Of a DNA stretch of 64,000 nt, positions 46,030-60,688 are shown piece by piece. This DNA is from Eledone cirrhosa (taxonomy: Eukaryota), in NCBI GenBank assembly GCA_964016885.1, contig OZ024751.1, positions 17,050,001-17,114,000 on the forward strand, given 5' to 3'. The notes beneath the pieces were generated by a model. That model saw only the letters and a program-made list of their open reading frames with translations, was not told the origin of the DNA and did not search any database. A program made the position numbers and the translations under genes. Within the stretch, counting starts at the first letter, position 1, and each line of letters opens with the position of its first letter.

Positions 46030-47067
46030 GAGATTTTCTTCTTTTGCCGTCAGAGAAGTTTCGTGTAATTTAAAAAATATCCATATTTACATATTGAAAG
46101 AACAGCAATAGTTAACAATGATTTTTAATTTAGGCACAGGGCCAGCAATTTTGTTAAAGATGGCAGTCGATTATAACGTCTCAGTATATGACTGGTACTT
46201 TCCTTGTTTATCTCAAAAGCAAGAAAGACAAACTTGAGATCTGAACGTTGTGAACTGTGAAACACAAAGTGCCGGGTCCGATGCAGCATACATGCATACA
46301 TTTATACATACATAAATATATACACATATACAAAACACACACGTACATTCGCATATACAAACACACATACATATATACATAGATGCATACATCATACATA
46401 CATACATACATACACACACATATATTCATACATACTTATATACATATATACATATATAATATAATCATACTTTCACAAATACAATAATACATACTTACAT
46501 ACAAAAATAAATACATACAATCATACATATATACATACCTACATACATTCACACACACAATCCTACAGACGTATATATATATATTCATACATACCTACAA
46601 AGACACACATATATAAGCATACGACATACATACATATCCACATAGATATAAGATCGCCGTCAGGCATTATGTGTCCATGCAGTATTATACTAAACGCATC
46701 TGTATATCTCTAAATATATTAGTAATCACTATTTATCTCAGATTTTCTTTTAAGAACAAAACATACTCACTTCTGACTGAAGAACATAAACAGAATTCTG
46801 CTTTGGTAATTCTATATCTACTTAATATATTATGATTCCCATGGGATTTACCTCTTTTCATTCTTCTTATTTATGATTGCAAGTGTTTGTGTGTGAGTGA
46901 TAGTCTATGTGTGGTGTTATCCATGTTTAAATACATATATTTGATTATATTATAGCTGAATATAAAACTTATAATATACGGCTCGGAGAAATCTCTTTCC
47001 TAGAGCTATTTTATTGTAAGAGACTATGTGTTTCTAACTCAATATATACCTTTGATATATTTGATTA

Positions 47068-47159
<92 letters not shown>

Positions 47160-47328
47160 TGTAATTTGTATACGCATATGAGTATATATATATATATCAA
47201 TAGACATATACACAGACCCACATGCTCACACACATATATATATATATATATATGTATGTATATATGTATACATATATGTATTTATATATATATATATATG
47301 TATGTTGCTATATATATATGTATGTATA

Positions 47329-47384
<56 letters not shown>

Positions 47385-47539
47385 ATATATTGAAATTCCG
47401 TAGGCGACAATAATGGATTAAATGTGTAGAGAATTATCGCAATAGATGTTATTCCTTTAAAGCGAACGATTTCTTCCCTTGATTCTCTGATCTAAAAGTT
47501 TCTCTTTATGAACCACTATACAGGTGATAAAAATGTGAT

Positions 47540-47722
47540 TCTATCTATCTATCTATCGATTTATCTATCTTCTATCTCTATATTTATCTATCTAGTTATC
47601 TCTATCTCTATATCTATCCATCTATTTATATATCTATTCATAAATCTATTTATCTCTCTTTCTATCTGTCTCTCTATCTATCTCTATATCTATATAATCT
47701 ATATTATATTTATATATATATA

Positions 47723-47792
<70 letters not shown>

Positions 47793-48248
47793 TTATATAT
47801 ATATATCTTTATATATATATATATATATATATATCTTTATATATATACATATATATATATATCTTTATATATATATATATATATATATCTTTATATATAT
47901 ATATATATCTATATATCTTTATATATATATATATATATATATCTTTATATATATATATATATATATATATCTTTATATATATATATATATATATCTTTAT
48001 ATATATATATATATATATATCTTTATATATATATATATATCTTTATATATATATATATATATATATCTTTATATATATATATATATATATATCTTTATAT
48101 ATATATATATATATATCTTTATATATATATATATATCTTTATATATATATATATATCTTTATATATATATATATATCTTTATATATATATATATATATAT
48201 CTTTATATATATATATATATATATATCTTTATATATATATATATATAT

Positions 48249-48282
<34 letters not shown>

Positions 48283-48359
48283 TTATATATATATATATAT
48301 ATATCTTTATATATATATATATATATATATATATCTTTATATATATATATATATATCTT

Positions 48360-48426
<67 letters not shown>
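47540..48426. repeat. (TATC)n, then (TA)n punctuated by CTT, then (TG)n
   Basis: Direct inspection. Confidence 0.95.
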
Positions 48427-48428
<2 letters not shown>

Positions 48429-48954
48429 ATATTGTGTTTGAGTGCTCCTATGTATATGTGTGTATATGAGTGTGAACATATATAAACCTTAGACCTTTTT
48501 GCAGCTGATGATTGCTGTTCATTTTAAATAACGTCGTATTCCCCATATACGTTTATACACTATCAGATCACCCTATAAAATGTCGAACACATTGGCAATA
48601 GAATTTTCTGTACCATGATAATTTAATTTAGCGTAAATTTACAATAGCAATTTCTAATGCTTCATTGGGAACTATGAATATAGGAAATTTAACTCATTCG
48701 CATGAATATTTCCGAATTATGAGTTTGTAGTAGCCATTTTCTATTTTGCCCAAAGCTAAGAATATTCTTTCCACGATTTGCATTTTATATGAGTATTGTA
48801 TTAACAATTCTGCACTGCGCTCAGATGTAGTATCATACTTTTCCGAAATAGTCGACACAAACTTATTTTGATGAAAACGTACAAGAAATTAGTGTAAACT
48901 ATTCAGTTTTAATTATGTATAGTTACAGTACAGCCTATTATAATAATTATTATT

Positions 48955-49885
48955 GTTCTTTGAGTCTCAGTCATTGATGTTATTTAACTGGAAAGTTTGT
49001 TGAAATGAATATCAAGCCGCTACCTGCAGTCTCAGATATTCAGGACGTATCGGAGGCTTCTTGCTGTTCCCAGCAAGCATGCCTTTTGAAGTGTTCCAAA
49101 AAGCGGGGCTGGACTAATCTTTTGTAACCATCCTTGGAAACTCTTTGAGATAGTACCTAGTGCGCCTATGACAATCGGGACGACCTTGATTTCATGGAAG
49201 TTCCAAATCCTTTTTAACTCCCACTTTAAGTCCTGGTATCGATTAATTTTCTCCCTCTCCTTTTCTTGCACTCTCGTGTCAAATGGGCAGGCTACATCTA
49301 CAATCAGGCACGATCTTTTTTCCTTGTCCAAAACCACCTGGTCAAGCCTATTGTGTTCTAATTTCTTGTCCGTCTCAATCCTAAAATCCCACAGCACCTT
49401 CACCTGATCGTTTTCTATCACCGACTCTGGCTTATGCTCATACCACTTCTCAGAATGTGGTAAATTGTTTACTTTGCATAGATGCCAGTGGATCACCCTG
49501 CCTATCACATCATGTCTCCAGCCTTTATAGTGAGTCTGGACTAGGTGTTTACACTCGGATACAATTTGAGCCACAGTCTCCTCTCTCTCTCCACAGATCT
49601 TACACAGTGGGCTAGCCTCCTCCTTGTAAATATTGTGTATCAGCCACTTCGTTCTGAGGGCCTGCTCTTGCGCAGCCATTAAAATTCCTTCTGTAGCTTT
49701 TTTAAGGTCTCCTCTTTTTAACCAGTTCCATGTCTGTGGATCTCTAAATTCACTTTTCCTAAAGAAGGTACTATGAAGGGATTTTTCATGAAGGCTGCTC
49801 TTCCACCTTGTTGTTATTTCCTCCTTGCACATCCCCTGATCTAGTTTCTTCTCCTTGGACATCTCCTGGTCTATTGTCTTCTCAT
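48955..49885 (-). mobile_element. 5'-truncated R4/Dong LINE copy with open CCHC-region and endonuclease frame
   Basis: ORF 49032-49862: AAQEQAL, CKICGEREET...HYKGWRHD, DVACP, IGALG; 3' end abuts TAA-like repeats. Confidence 0.92.
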
Positions 49886-49902
49886 TAGTATTATTATTAT
49901 TT

Positions 49903-51072
49903 TAATGGGCTTTCTCCACAAATGTCCCTCGGAAGTCCCCCCCCCCCCTATTGGGGAATTTTTCATTGTTATTTTTTTGTTACATCCTCTGTTTTTGTTT
50001 TTTACAGGCAGAAATGCCCATTTGTACCGTCCTGTATTGTCCTGTACTGTCCTTAATGTCTACTTTATGTAAACCCTTGTGGTTAATAAAGAAAGCATTA
50101 TTATTGTTATTATTATTTCTAGTTTCACTTGAAGGGGAAAATCAGGGTGGAGCGGCAAGTGCTGCCTTCTAGCAAGTTTGTTGAAAGGTGGGTGAATGTA
50201 GCGAGAATGGTCCGAGTGAACGGAACCGCTCTGAATATACGCCTGTAGTTTGAGAAATAGAAAAATTGAGAGAGGGCGCTTGCCCTGGTGGTCAGGGTGG
50301 CCGTGGTCTGTTGTGTGGTTTTCGCCAGGAGTAACTTTTCATTGTTTCAATTTTCATTTTTATTGTTTATATATATGTTTCTATGTCCTTTTATTCTTTT
50401 CTTATATAAGTAATAAAAATCTTTTCACGCACAAAACCCACATCGTACCGTCCTGTACCATCCTGTGCCGTATGTATTGTTTTTCTTGATGTCAGCCCTT
50501 GTGGCCAATAAAGACATCATTATTATTATTATTATCGTGAGGATTTCCCCGGCCTCTTCCTTTAAATGGGAAGAGCAGGCAGTTTTTATCTGTCTGGTGG
50601 CCATGGCGAAAGAGATAGTATGGAGGACACGTTTGAAAGGGCTGAAGACGAGCACTTACCTCTTCGGTGATGCCCTGACTAACTTTTTCAAATTTCATTT
50701 GAAAAGGAAAATCAGGGTAGAGAGGGAAGTGCTCTCTTCCCAGCATTTTGTTGAAAGATGGGTGACAGAAGCAAGTATGGGTGACAGAAGCAAGTATGTG
50801 TCTGTAAATTAAAGGTGGAAAACTGGGAGAGGGCACTTGCCCTGGTGGTCAGGGTTACTGTGGCCTTTTAATGGGCTTTCTCCACAAATGTCCCTCGGAA
50901 GTCCCCCTCCTATTGGGGAATTTTTCATTGTTATTATTTTATTACATCCTCTGTTTTTTTTACACGCAGAAATGCCCATTTGTATATCCTGTATTGTCCT
51001 TAATGTCTACTTTATGTAAACCCTTGTGGTTAATAAAGAAAGCATTATTATTATTATTATTATTATTATTAT
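49903..51072 (+). mobile_element. Three tandem 5'-truncated L1/Tx1-like 3' ends, each ending in (TTA)n
   Basis: Units about 49903-50115, 50116-50535 and 50536-51072; AKEIVWRTR...FFKFHLKRKIRVERE...FVERW; cccttgtgg..aataaag tails. Confidence 0.75.
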
Positions 51073-51094
51073 AATCACACTTCTATATGGGCTG

Positions 51095-51416
51095 TATTAA
51101 AAAATGTGTTAGAACATCGGTATTTCTCAGCGCGTTGAGTTCAAATCTTACCGAGGTCAACTTTGCCTTTCATCGGGGTCGAGACGGGGTCGATAAAATA
51201 AAGCACCAATAACGTACTGGGGTCGATTCAATCGACTTTCGCCTCCCCACCAAATTACTGGCCTTGTGCCTATACGAGAAATCATTATTGCAATCATATT
51301 TCATATGCGTTGTATTGATAAATTTGTTAGTACGTCGGTATTTGTCAGCGCCTTGAGATCAATTCTCACAGAGGTCAACTTTGCATTCAACTTTTCGAGG
51401 TTGATAAAATAAAGAA
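51095..51416 (+). mobile_element. Two diverged SINEs (51095-51290 and 51325-51416)
   Basis: gaggtcaactttgc cores. Confidence 0.75.
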
Positions 51417-51523
51417 CTACTTAAGAACTGGATTTAATGTAAACGACTTTTCGCTTACCCAAGCTGCTGGTTTTAAGCCATGTTGGAAATGATCATTGAA
51501 TTCATAGGGCGGTAGTTCACCAC

Positions 51524-51678
51524 CATAGGCGCTGAGCAGGCCAGCCGCAGGTGTGAGCCTCACGAGATGGAATGGCTCTCCCAGCGCATCTCTCTTACCA
51601 TCCTCCGGGGAAACACCTTCTTCTTTCTGTCCACCGGGCTGTGGGGCGGCCATCACGCGGGACCCGACTTGCTCACAA
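51524..51678 (+). mobile_element. CRE-like LINE 3' fragment
   Basis: Homologous to 30760-30903. Confidence 0.78.
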
Positions 51679-51964
51679 TGCAGAGAGATTGAGAGGGCGA
51701 GAGAGATAGAGGCGATGACAGTGGGAGTTCGGCCCTTCCGTGTTCGGACACATTGCACCTGACTGAAAAGTTATTGGTTAACCTAAGATCACCACTAATT
51801 ACCACAACACAAATAAACAGTGATTGTATATCATAAGCATTGGACTGGTTCTAAAAGTATTGGTTGCTAGGAAGAGACAAAGGGGACCCACCCACAACAA
51901 CAATACTATCATATAATTGTCAGGCAAATTCGTTCGAGCGTTGAGTAAAAACAATACAATCTTT

Positions 51965-52262
51965 GAATGTATGTATAGTGTATTTGGCAATATACCGTAT
52001 GTTTAATTTAACACATTTAGAGGACGATACGCTATCAGTTTTAAAGTTGTGACTATGCCACTTACTTATTTTCGGCGAAAGAAGGGAGAGAGGATGACAG
52101 TCTGTTTCACGCTGGTTAGCGTTCATCAGAACCACGCTCTCCCCTGCTTCCGCCGAAAATTACAGAAGCTGGATTCTTATAGAATTCCAGTAATAATCAG
52201 GAGCTGATTATACAGAGCGATTGCCAAATATACTATACATACATTCATGTAAATATCGCTAT
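51965..52262 (-). repeat. Unclassified repeat (15705 family) with an inverted tail at 52221-52262
   Basis: tgtatagtgtatttggcaa and ttgccaaatatactataca. Confidence 0.78.
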
Positions 52263-53044
52263 TTCAGAGCACCAATCCTAATACAATATTTGTTCCAGCA
52301 TTTGCAAACAATTTAAAAGCTATATCAACCATCGTATTCCCTCTCTTTGAATTCTCTTCTCCACTGTCGTCTCCTTCTCCCTTCTAAGTTGACACTTGAA
52401 TTTAAGTGGTTTTATCGCTTTTTTGTGGTGAGGAAACAAAGAAAAGAAAAACAAACTTTACGTTTTGATTTCAAATTCCGCCTTTTATCTTCCTCTTTCT
52501 GCCTTCCATTTTCTGTTTTCCTCTGTATCGTTGTCTCGTTTACTGAAAGAAAATCTTTGTGTTTCAAATGTTAATACCACCCAAGGGTTGTATAATGGAA
52601 CCAAACATTGTAATTAATAATTAGAAACCGAAATTCTTAGCAATTCGGCTAAGCTTTGTTCACAAAAGTACATGTAAGACATGTAAGATAAAAAAAAACA
52701 AAGACACTTACTAATGTTTCATGCAGTTACAGCTAATTTAGAAACCGCACGATCTGTGAACTTTCTTTTATTATACAGATCACTTGAAATATATCAGAGG
52801 ACAGGATTTCTTTCGGCATTCTTAATTATGAAAACATTCAAAGATACATACAGGTGCTTATGTATGTCAAAGGTGATTGCGTGACAATTGCGTTATAAAT
52901 TCCATGGAAAGAATCACGAAATATCAGTTATATACTTACCGACATATATAACAAAATAGATGTACGTTTGCAAATTTGAAATATACACTGGCCTATCTCT
53001 ATTCTGTTTAAATTTAGCAGCGCTGAAAGGAGGATTTCATTATA

Positions 53045-53262
53045 GGTGGATTGGCAGTATCGGTATAGAGTCGGACACCATGCTTTGCAGAATAGAGTTA
53101 CGGCCCTTTATGATCTGAGTTAAAATCCCGCGGAGGTTAACTTTGCCTTTTATCCTTACGGGGTCTATAAAATAAAGTACCAGTAATGCACTGGGGTCGA
53201 TTTACTCGACTTTCCTCTCCCCCAAAATTGCTAACTGTGTGCCTATATAAGAAACCATTATA
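53045..53262 (+). mobile_element. tRNA-derived SINE, long-tail subtype
   Basis: Family consensus. Confidence 0.9.
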
Positions 53263-53675
53263 ATTAGAAATTATTATCAGTGAAAGCCTTACTTGGACAA
53301 CTGTGAATATTGAACAATAATAATACTCTTATTTCTTACAAGTAGGCATAGATAACTTTGCAAATATCGAGTAATTAAATAGAATATAAACACAAAAATA
53401 TATAAATGAATAAATAAATAAATGAATAAAATTAAGAAATTTGAGGGTCGCAGATATAAATACTAGAAATCAAATAATTCCTTTTCAAATTATGAATATG
53501 TAGGTTACATCTGAAGTAGATAGATTATATTGCCTAAGGCATAATGACAATAAGATTTCGATCGAAATATGCAAGAATGAAGACGAATTCATGTCAGTGA
53601 AGACACTGATGTACGACAATATTAATGATCATAATAACAATTATAATTGGCTGGGCTATATACGTACACGTATAA

Positions 53676-53737
<62 letters not shown>

Positions 53738-53873
53738 ACATATATATGTATATAGATTTTGACTCCAGTTCCTCAGTGAATTAACAACCCAACAAGGAAC
53801 TGGGCATATCAGAGTATTGACAATATTATACACCTAAACAACATATGTACTTGTCTATACCATACTAATTCAA

Positions 53874-53928
53874 ACTGCCTGAAGAGGTCACAGCCAAAGA
53901 TGGCTGTCACTGAAATATATATAGCAGT
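53874..53928 (+). ncRNA. Intact minimal hammerhead in PLE 3' fragment 53755-53980
   Basis: actgc CTGAAGA ggtc acagcca aaga tggctgt cact GAAA tatata TA gcagt aataaa. Confidence 0.88.
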
Positions 53929-54049
53929 AATAAACGAAGCTAAATTTTAATTATTTGACTTTTATTTAACTTTATTTTATATATGTATATATATATATAT
54001 GTATATATATATGTGTGTATATATATATATATATATAATATATATTTTA

Positions 54050-54720
54050 TTTTTGAGACCATCAGACCTGCAAATAACCACCAACCACCCAACCCACTGA
54101 GAGATGGGTTGCCTGATGGAGGTAGTGACCCACCAAATGCATAAGTAATGCTTGGGGATAGTGCAAACAGCCACACGTCCTGATGCATGTTGAATGACAC
54201 AATCCGCAACTGTAATTGTATGCGTAGAGATAGTTGCCCTCTCATGGGTTACTGCCTCATAAAAATATACCTACCTCTTCCAAAACCTACATTGGCTCAA
54301 CAACCACCTCGTTTAAAACGAGATATAACACACACAGAGGCACCTTTAGACATGATAGGCTTGACAATACAACCTCGTTGGCAGGCTATATTTCTGTTTT
54401 AGAAAAAGCCGCCACCTCCTATACTCTTAATTGGAGACAGGTGTCCATGTCTGCACCTTATCGCCCACCGAGCAAAATGTGTAACCTGTGCCTTCTGGAA
54501 TCTCACGCCATAGTTTACTCCAGACAAAACCTGCTCAATAGGAAATATGAAATATTTTCATCCTGTCCGCACATAATCCTAAGTTCTTTCTTCTATTTTA
54601 AGCCGAGTATCTTGATAAGCCGTTCTTAACTTAGGTTATTTTTCTTTTTCTTTAGAACTCATTTATCTTTTACTTTAGCATTCATCTCTTCAACTTGCAT
54701 GCCCCTTAATCTACCCGCAC
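54050..54720 (+). pseudogene. Hydra-like PLE GIY-YIG endonuclease fragment plus 3' UTR
   Basis: CNCMRRDSCPLMGYCL; TYIGSTTTSFKTRYNTH...TSLA...W...CNLCLLE...LLNRKYEIFSSCPH. Confidence 0.85.
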
Positions 54721-55298
54721 CCAACTAGTATGAAGGGAACCCCAACTTTGATCTCGCTGGATTTGTACAGGAATGGTACATTTTAGTGTGGTAAGATCAC
54801 CCTGTGCTCATAGAGATGAATTAACGTAGGAATACTGCAAACAACAGTGGTATATATATGGGTCCCAAAAGGATTGCTCCCATAGCAGACTCTAGTGATT
54901 ATTACCGTCTCGTGCTATGAGTGAAACAGACATTGATGTCATAACCGGCCTCAGTGTGAGTAAACAACTCATACCAGGGGGGTATTTGATATTGCGTTAA
55001 TTGACTCTGGCGGATTTGGTCAAAATGGGTACAATCTACAGTTGTCCCCCTTATCGCGGAATGATTTAATCTGTACCTTCGTAAATAGACGGGCAGACTG
55101 ACCTCCCCCTATCCTTCCTCCAAGGGAATGGCTGGCCTGCTAGGAACGTTATGATGTCCACTCGAAATGTTTACTACGTCATCATATTCTGACTGTTGAT
55201 CTTTGAATGTGGGCAAAATGAAGAACACAGAAGCGCTGGAACGCTGTAAACACTGGAATTAAACGGTCAATTGATTTGATTTAATTGATTAAATTAGA

Positions 55299-55562
55299 AT
55301 ATATTGGATTACCATTGTACCAGGTTGGAATAATGTAAGCGATACTGTGGATGCGCCGAATGTACCTTAGCTTGATATGTATAGTTACATCTATACTTAT
55401 ATGACTTGGAGGATAATTTAAGTCATTCGTTACACCACGTGGTATGCTGGGAAACTTAGGATTGCATGGATTCACAACCCCACAGATATGATGCGGAGGC
55501 ATTGATCCCAAGATGGGACTGGAGTGGATGGTATTGTTATTGTAAAGGGTAACACGGACTAA
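55299..55562 (+). pseudogene. Candidate endogenous picorna-like capsid (jelly-roll) fragment
   Basis: Hand translation with internal stops: IYWITIVPGW...VP*LDMYSYIYTYMTWRII*VIRYTTWYAGKLRIAW...DGIVIVKGNTD. Confidence 0.45.
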
Positions 55563-56354
55563 TGGAACACGTAAATACATGTATGTATATATATAAATAT
55601 ATATGTGTATGTGCGTATGTACGTAGGTCTATGTAGACTTACACACACACACGCACACACACATACAAACGTTATATTTTAATGATATCCTTGATGATTG
55701 CTTTCACCTGTTTCCACTACGCTTTGCTTTAGTGACCTATATGTTCTGTGAACCACACAGATAATTTGCATTTGAACGCCACCTATAACACTTGTTGCCA
55801 TACTGTGATGGATATATGGAATTCCACTATGTGATCGCTTTAATTGGCTCCCACTTTAATTGTCTCTGCCTACATCATTCACATTGGTTGATATTATTCT
55901 TAAACTGTCACCTCTGAAATCCTTTACTATCTACAACTACATTTACTTGCATTGCTTATATAATGTTATCTTTTATGTTCCATTTTTATCTTTATTTTTA
56001 TTTTCAAACTGTATTTTCATTTTTATTTTTATTAGTTTTTATTATTTTTTTTATTTTTTATTTTTTTATTTTTTTATATTTTCTTATATTATCATCACTT
56101 TATTGTTATCTTTATTTTATCCTTACCTCTAGATTCTACCCTTTACATTTTATCTCTTATCTTTAATTTCCTTATCTTTTATTCTTCCTTATCTTTAATT
56201 ATTGTAACTGATTTTGGTCTTATATGTATCGGCTTCTAGCGATGACGCGTCGCCCAAGCACCCCACTCTTCTTTGTCATCTGTGTTACATATGGATCGTT
56301 CTTGTGATATAGGTCGGTGGAGTTTATACTATGGATCTAATTCCTCTTTATAAC

Positions 56355-56399
56355 GCTCTGATGAATCCTGCAATTATGCACGGACGAAACACTGACAGC
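56355..56399 (+). ncRNA. Degenerate hammerhead at the end of a pLTR-like segment (55670-56445)
   Basis: gct CTGATGA atcctgca atta tgcacggac GAAA cactg AC agc aaataaa, then (TA)n; U16.1 lost. Confidence 0.6.
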
Positions 56400-56440
56400 A
56401 AATAAAGATTAATTGATGATGTAAGCGCTCTTTGTATTTG

Positions 56441-56504
<64 letters not shown>

Positions 56505-56506
56505 AT

Positions 56507-56891
56507 AATTGTTTCTACTTTTGGAACTAGGCCAGCAATTATCCCATTGTATTACTGGTACTTTATTTTATCGACCCCGTAAGGATGAAAGGCAAAGTTA
56601 ACCTCGGTGGTATTTGAACTCAGACTGCAAAGGGCCGTAACTCTCTGCTGCAAAGAAAGGCGTCCGTTCCTCTACCGGTACTGCCATTCCCCCGCCTTAG
56701 TAATAATTGTTTCTATTTTTGGCACAAGGCCAGTAAATACTCAGTACATTACTGGTACTTTATTTTATCGACCCCGTAAGGATGAAAGGCAAAATTAACC
56801 TCGGCGGGATTTGAACTCAGGTCATAAAGGGACGTAACTCTATGCTTCAAATCATGGTGTCCGACTCTCTACCGATACTGCCAATCCACCA
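56507..56891 (-). mobile_element. Two tandem SINEs (56507-56697 and 56703-56891)
   Basis: Two full reverse-complement copies. Confidence 0.92.
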
Positions 56892-56974
56892 ATGATAATA
56901 AATGTGAAGACTAAAATTCGAAGAGGGTTCTATAAGGATAGCGATTATTTGCTTAAACTTTAATCTATTTTTTA

Positions 56975-57006
<32 letters not shown>

Positions 57007-57154
57007 GTATGTGTACGTGTGTGCGTGTGCGTGTGCGCATTAAGATTAGAAACGCATATCATTTAAAACATTAATAGACTGACAAATGATTCTGCCAGTG
57101 GAGAATGAAAAGTCAACTGCGGCGACTTTAGAGTTTATGTATGTATGTATATCA

Positions 57155-57350
57155 TTGTAGGGTCACTCTTGAGTGCCGCTGGTAGCATCTAACCCAGTAG
57201 AACTTGTCGCATGGTCCGGTGGTCGGCGACTAAACCGGCAACCCCACCAAGTTTCCTTGGTGAGGAGGGTGATTTTGGACACCCTGCAGGACAAAAAACA
57301 AAACCTGACAAAGGGCGGAAGAACTCATAAGAGTCAACCGCCATCCGAAA
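57155..57350 (+). mobile_element. Probable RTE 5' end
   Basis: Homologous to 63705-63864(-); preceded by (ATGT)n. Confidence 0.6.
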
Positions 57351-57697
57351 GTGTGTAAATATGTATATACACATGTACCGCGCGGTAAAATCACTGGGAA
57401 TGAAGGACCCCTAGCCTTTGTCAGGGAGCTGGTATAACTTCGATATCAAACCTGCGGCACAGTAGTTACCGATGATGTTGATATCTTCTTCTTTTCGGGT
57501 TATAGCTCTGTCGCTCAGAGAGTGGGATTGGTTCAATGCACAGTCTTTCCTCTCTTTAAAAAATCTCTTCACGCACAGGCATTGCACGATAGAATTAATT
57601 AATAATTATTAATAATGGTAAAAAAGAAAAAAATCATTACATTTATTAATAATGGTATAACGTGCAATGTCCATACATACTCTATAACGAGGGGGCA

Positions 57698-57766
<69 letters not shown>

Positions 57767-57999
57767 GGCCATCATCTAGAACGGGGGTGGGCAGTCATCA
57801 TATATATATATATATATATATACATACACCAACACACACATATATATATATGCTTACTTAAGTTGTCATAGGGAAAAGCAATTTAACGTTACCACATTGA
57901 AAATGTATACACAGAGATCTAGATGTTTAGATCGAAACTCGTTAATGAGGGACAGGGAATGTAATAAAGAAACTGTGTCATTAAAAGTAACCGGTGTGA

Positions 58000-58410
58000 A
58001 GAGAGAACGGGAGAGTGAGAGAGTGAATAGGTCCTGACTGAGTGAGAGACAGAGGATCGGAAAGGGAGAGAGATAAGGGAGACAGTATTTGTGGTAAAAG
58101 TGAGTGAGAGAGCGTGTGAGAGACGGATTGAGTGCAGATAAAGAGAGAGGAAAGAGAGAGTGTGCTGAATCAGAGAGACAGAGAGGGAGGGAGAGCGTGG
58201 GAAAGACAGTAGTAAGATTAGAGTAAGGGGGAGAGTGAGAGTTAGGGGGAGCGAAGGAAACAGAGACAGTGCTGGAAGGAGTGATAGAGAATGGGGGGGG
58301 GAGGGAGAGAGAGAAACACTGAGAGAAAAGGCCGTGAGAATCACAAAGAGAATGAGAAGAGAGAGAGACTGGGAGAAAGTGGGAGAAGGGTGAGATGTAG
58401 TGGGAGAAGT
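58000..58410. repeat. GA-rich low-complexity tract
   Basis: Direct inspection. Confidence 0.8.
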
Positions 58411-58880
58411 TTGGCAGAAAACCTACAACTGTCGTATACTTTCTCGTACGTATATTTGATTGCATGGCGTATTTTTAATATATTCTGGTACATATGATTT
58501 TTGTTATGTCTATACGTGAGTTTTGCGTCTGTGTGAGTATGCGGGTTCGCACGTATGTAGGATGTGTGTATATGTGTACTTCGTGTTTTGGTTGACGTGC
58601 GTCTCCGAACATTTGTGTATTTACATGTAGGTAGGTGTGTGCGCTTGTTATATACGTATTTATTTATTTATACACGTTTATTTAATTATTTGTATACACG
58701 CACACACACATATTTATATGTGCGTGTATTTGTATACCTATGGCGAGTGTTTCCGCGTATGCTTGTGTATGCACTTATTTGGATGCGTATATGTATTTAT
58801 TGAATTTCAATGACCTCTGTATTTTATTTACTTATTCTTAACTCTGTAGCGGGGAATCATTCGGTTTCCTAGTTAGAATT

Positions 58881-59298
58881 TTAGTCTACGACTTCTGCTA
58901 TACCATTTACGTGGTTTTGTCTCTGCGTGCAGTTGTTCTCCACTCTCCACATATGACGTATTATCTTCGTTTTTTCCGTTCATTGCCAGAGAACGTCTCT
59001 ATGAACCACCTAAGAGAATATTAGTCTACGATTTCTTTTATACCACAACAGTGGTTCTGTCTTTGCGTGTAATTGTTTTTCACTGCTCCAAATAATAACG
59101 TATTATATTCGTTTTTTCCCGTTCTTTGTCAGGGAACGGTTCCACGAACCAAAGTATCGTCTTCCTGTCTTCCTCCGTTTGCAACGTTTTTTGAAATATT
59201 CATTTCTGCGTTTACAGATTGACTTTGTTAGTTTCAGAAGATCCCGTTAAGAGTGAAAGCAGCCATTCTTTGCTTAAACTCTAATCTGTTATTTTAAA
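58881..59298 (+). repeat. Diverged 140-bp tandem duplication ending in the 1813-family tail
   Basis: ttagtctacga...gaacca at 58881 and 59021; tail cagaagatcccgttaag...aatctgttattttaa. Confidence 0.75.
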
Positions 59299-59299
59299 A

Positions 59300-60432
<1,133 letters not shown>

Positions 60433-60604
60433 TATAAAGAATTTGTATATCTACCAACATATATATACAGATGCATACCTATGCTAGCAAATATATAGGT
60501 TTAGTCTTAGTAACTTTGTGGTTCAATGCAAGGGGATGCAGAACAATTATATGAAAGACGTAAAATAAGAAAATTATAAAAATTAACTTACTTCCTAAAA
60601 TTTC

Positions 60605-60688
60605 ACTCCAACTAATTAGTTTCTGAAAGGGAATAAACATGGTTTCCGACAGGAACAACATGGAGAATGCCTTTCGTCATCAGGAAGT
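60605..60688 (-). ncRNA. Hammerhead with 53-nt stem II
   Basis: acttc CTGATGA c gaaagg...cctttc a GAAA ctaattag TT ggagt. Confidence 0.72.

Noticed and set aside
48505-48540. Isolated CTGATGA (and CTGAAGA at about 46776)
   Set aside because: No downstream GAAA or stem I complement; chance match
40778-54720. Hydra-like RT and GIY-YIG fragments as two halves of one split element
   Set aside because: They are 12.5 kb apart with unrelated unique DNA between, the thumb region is missing, and no junction evidence exists
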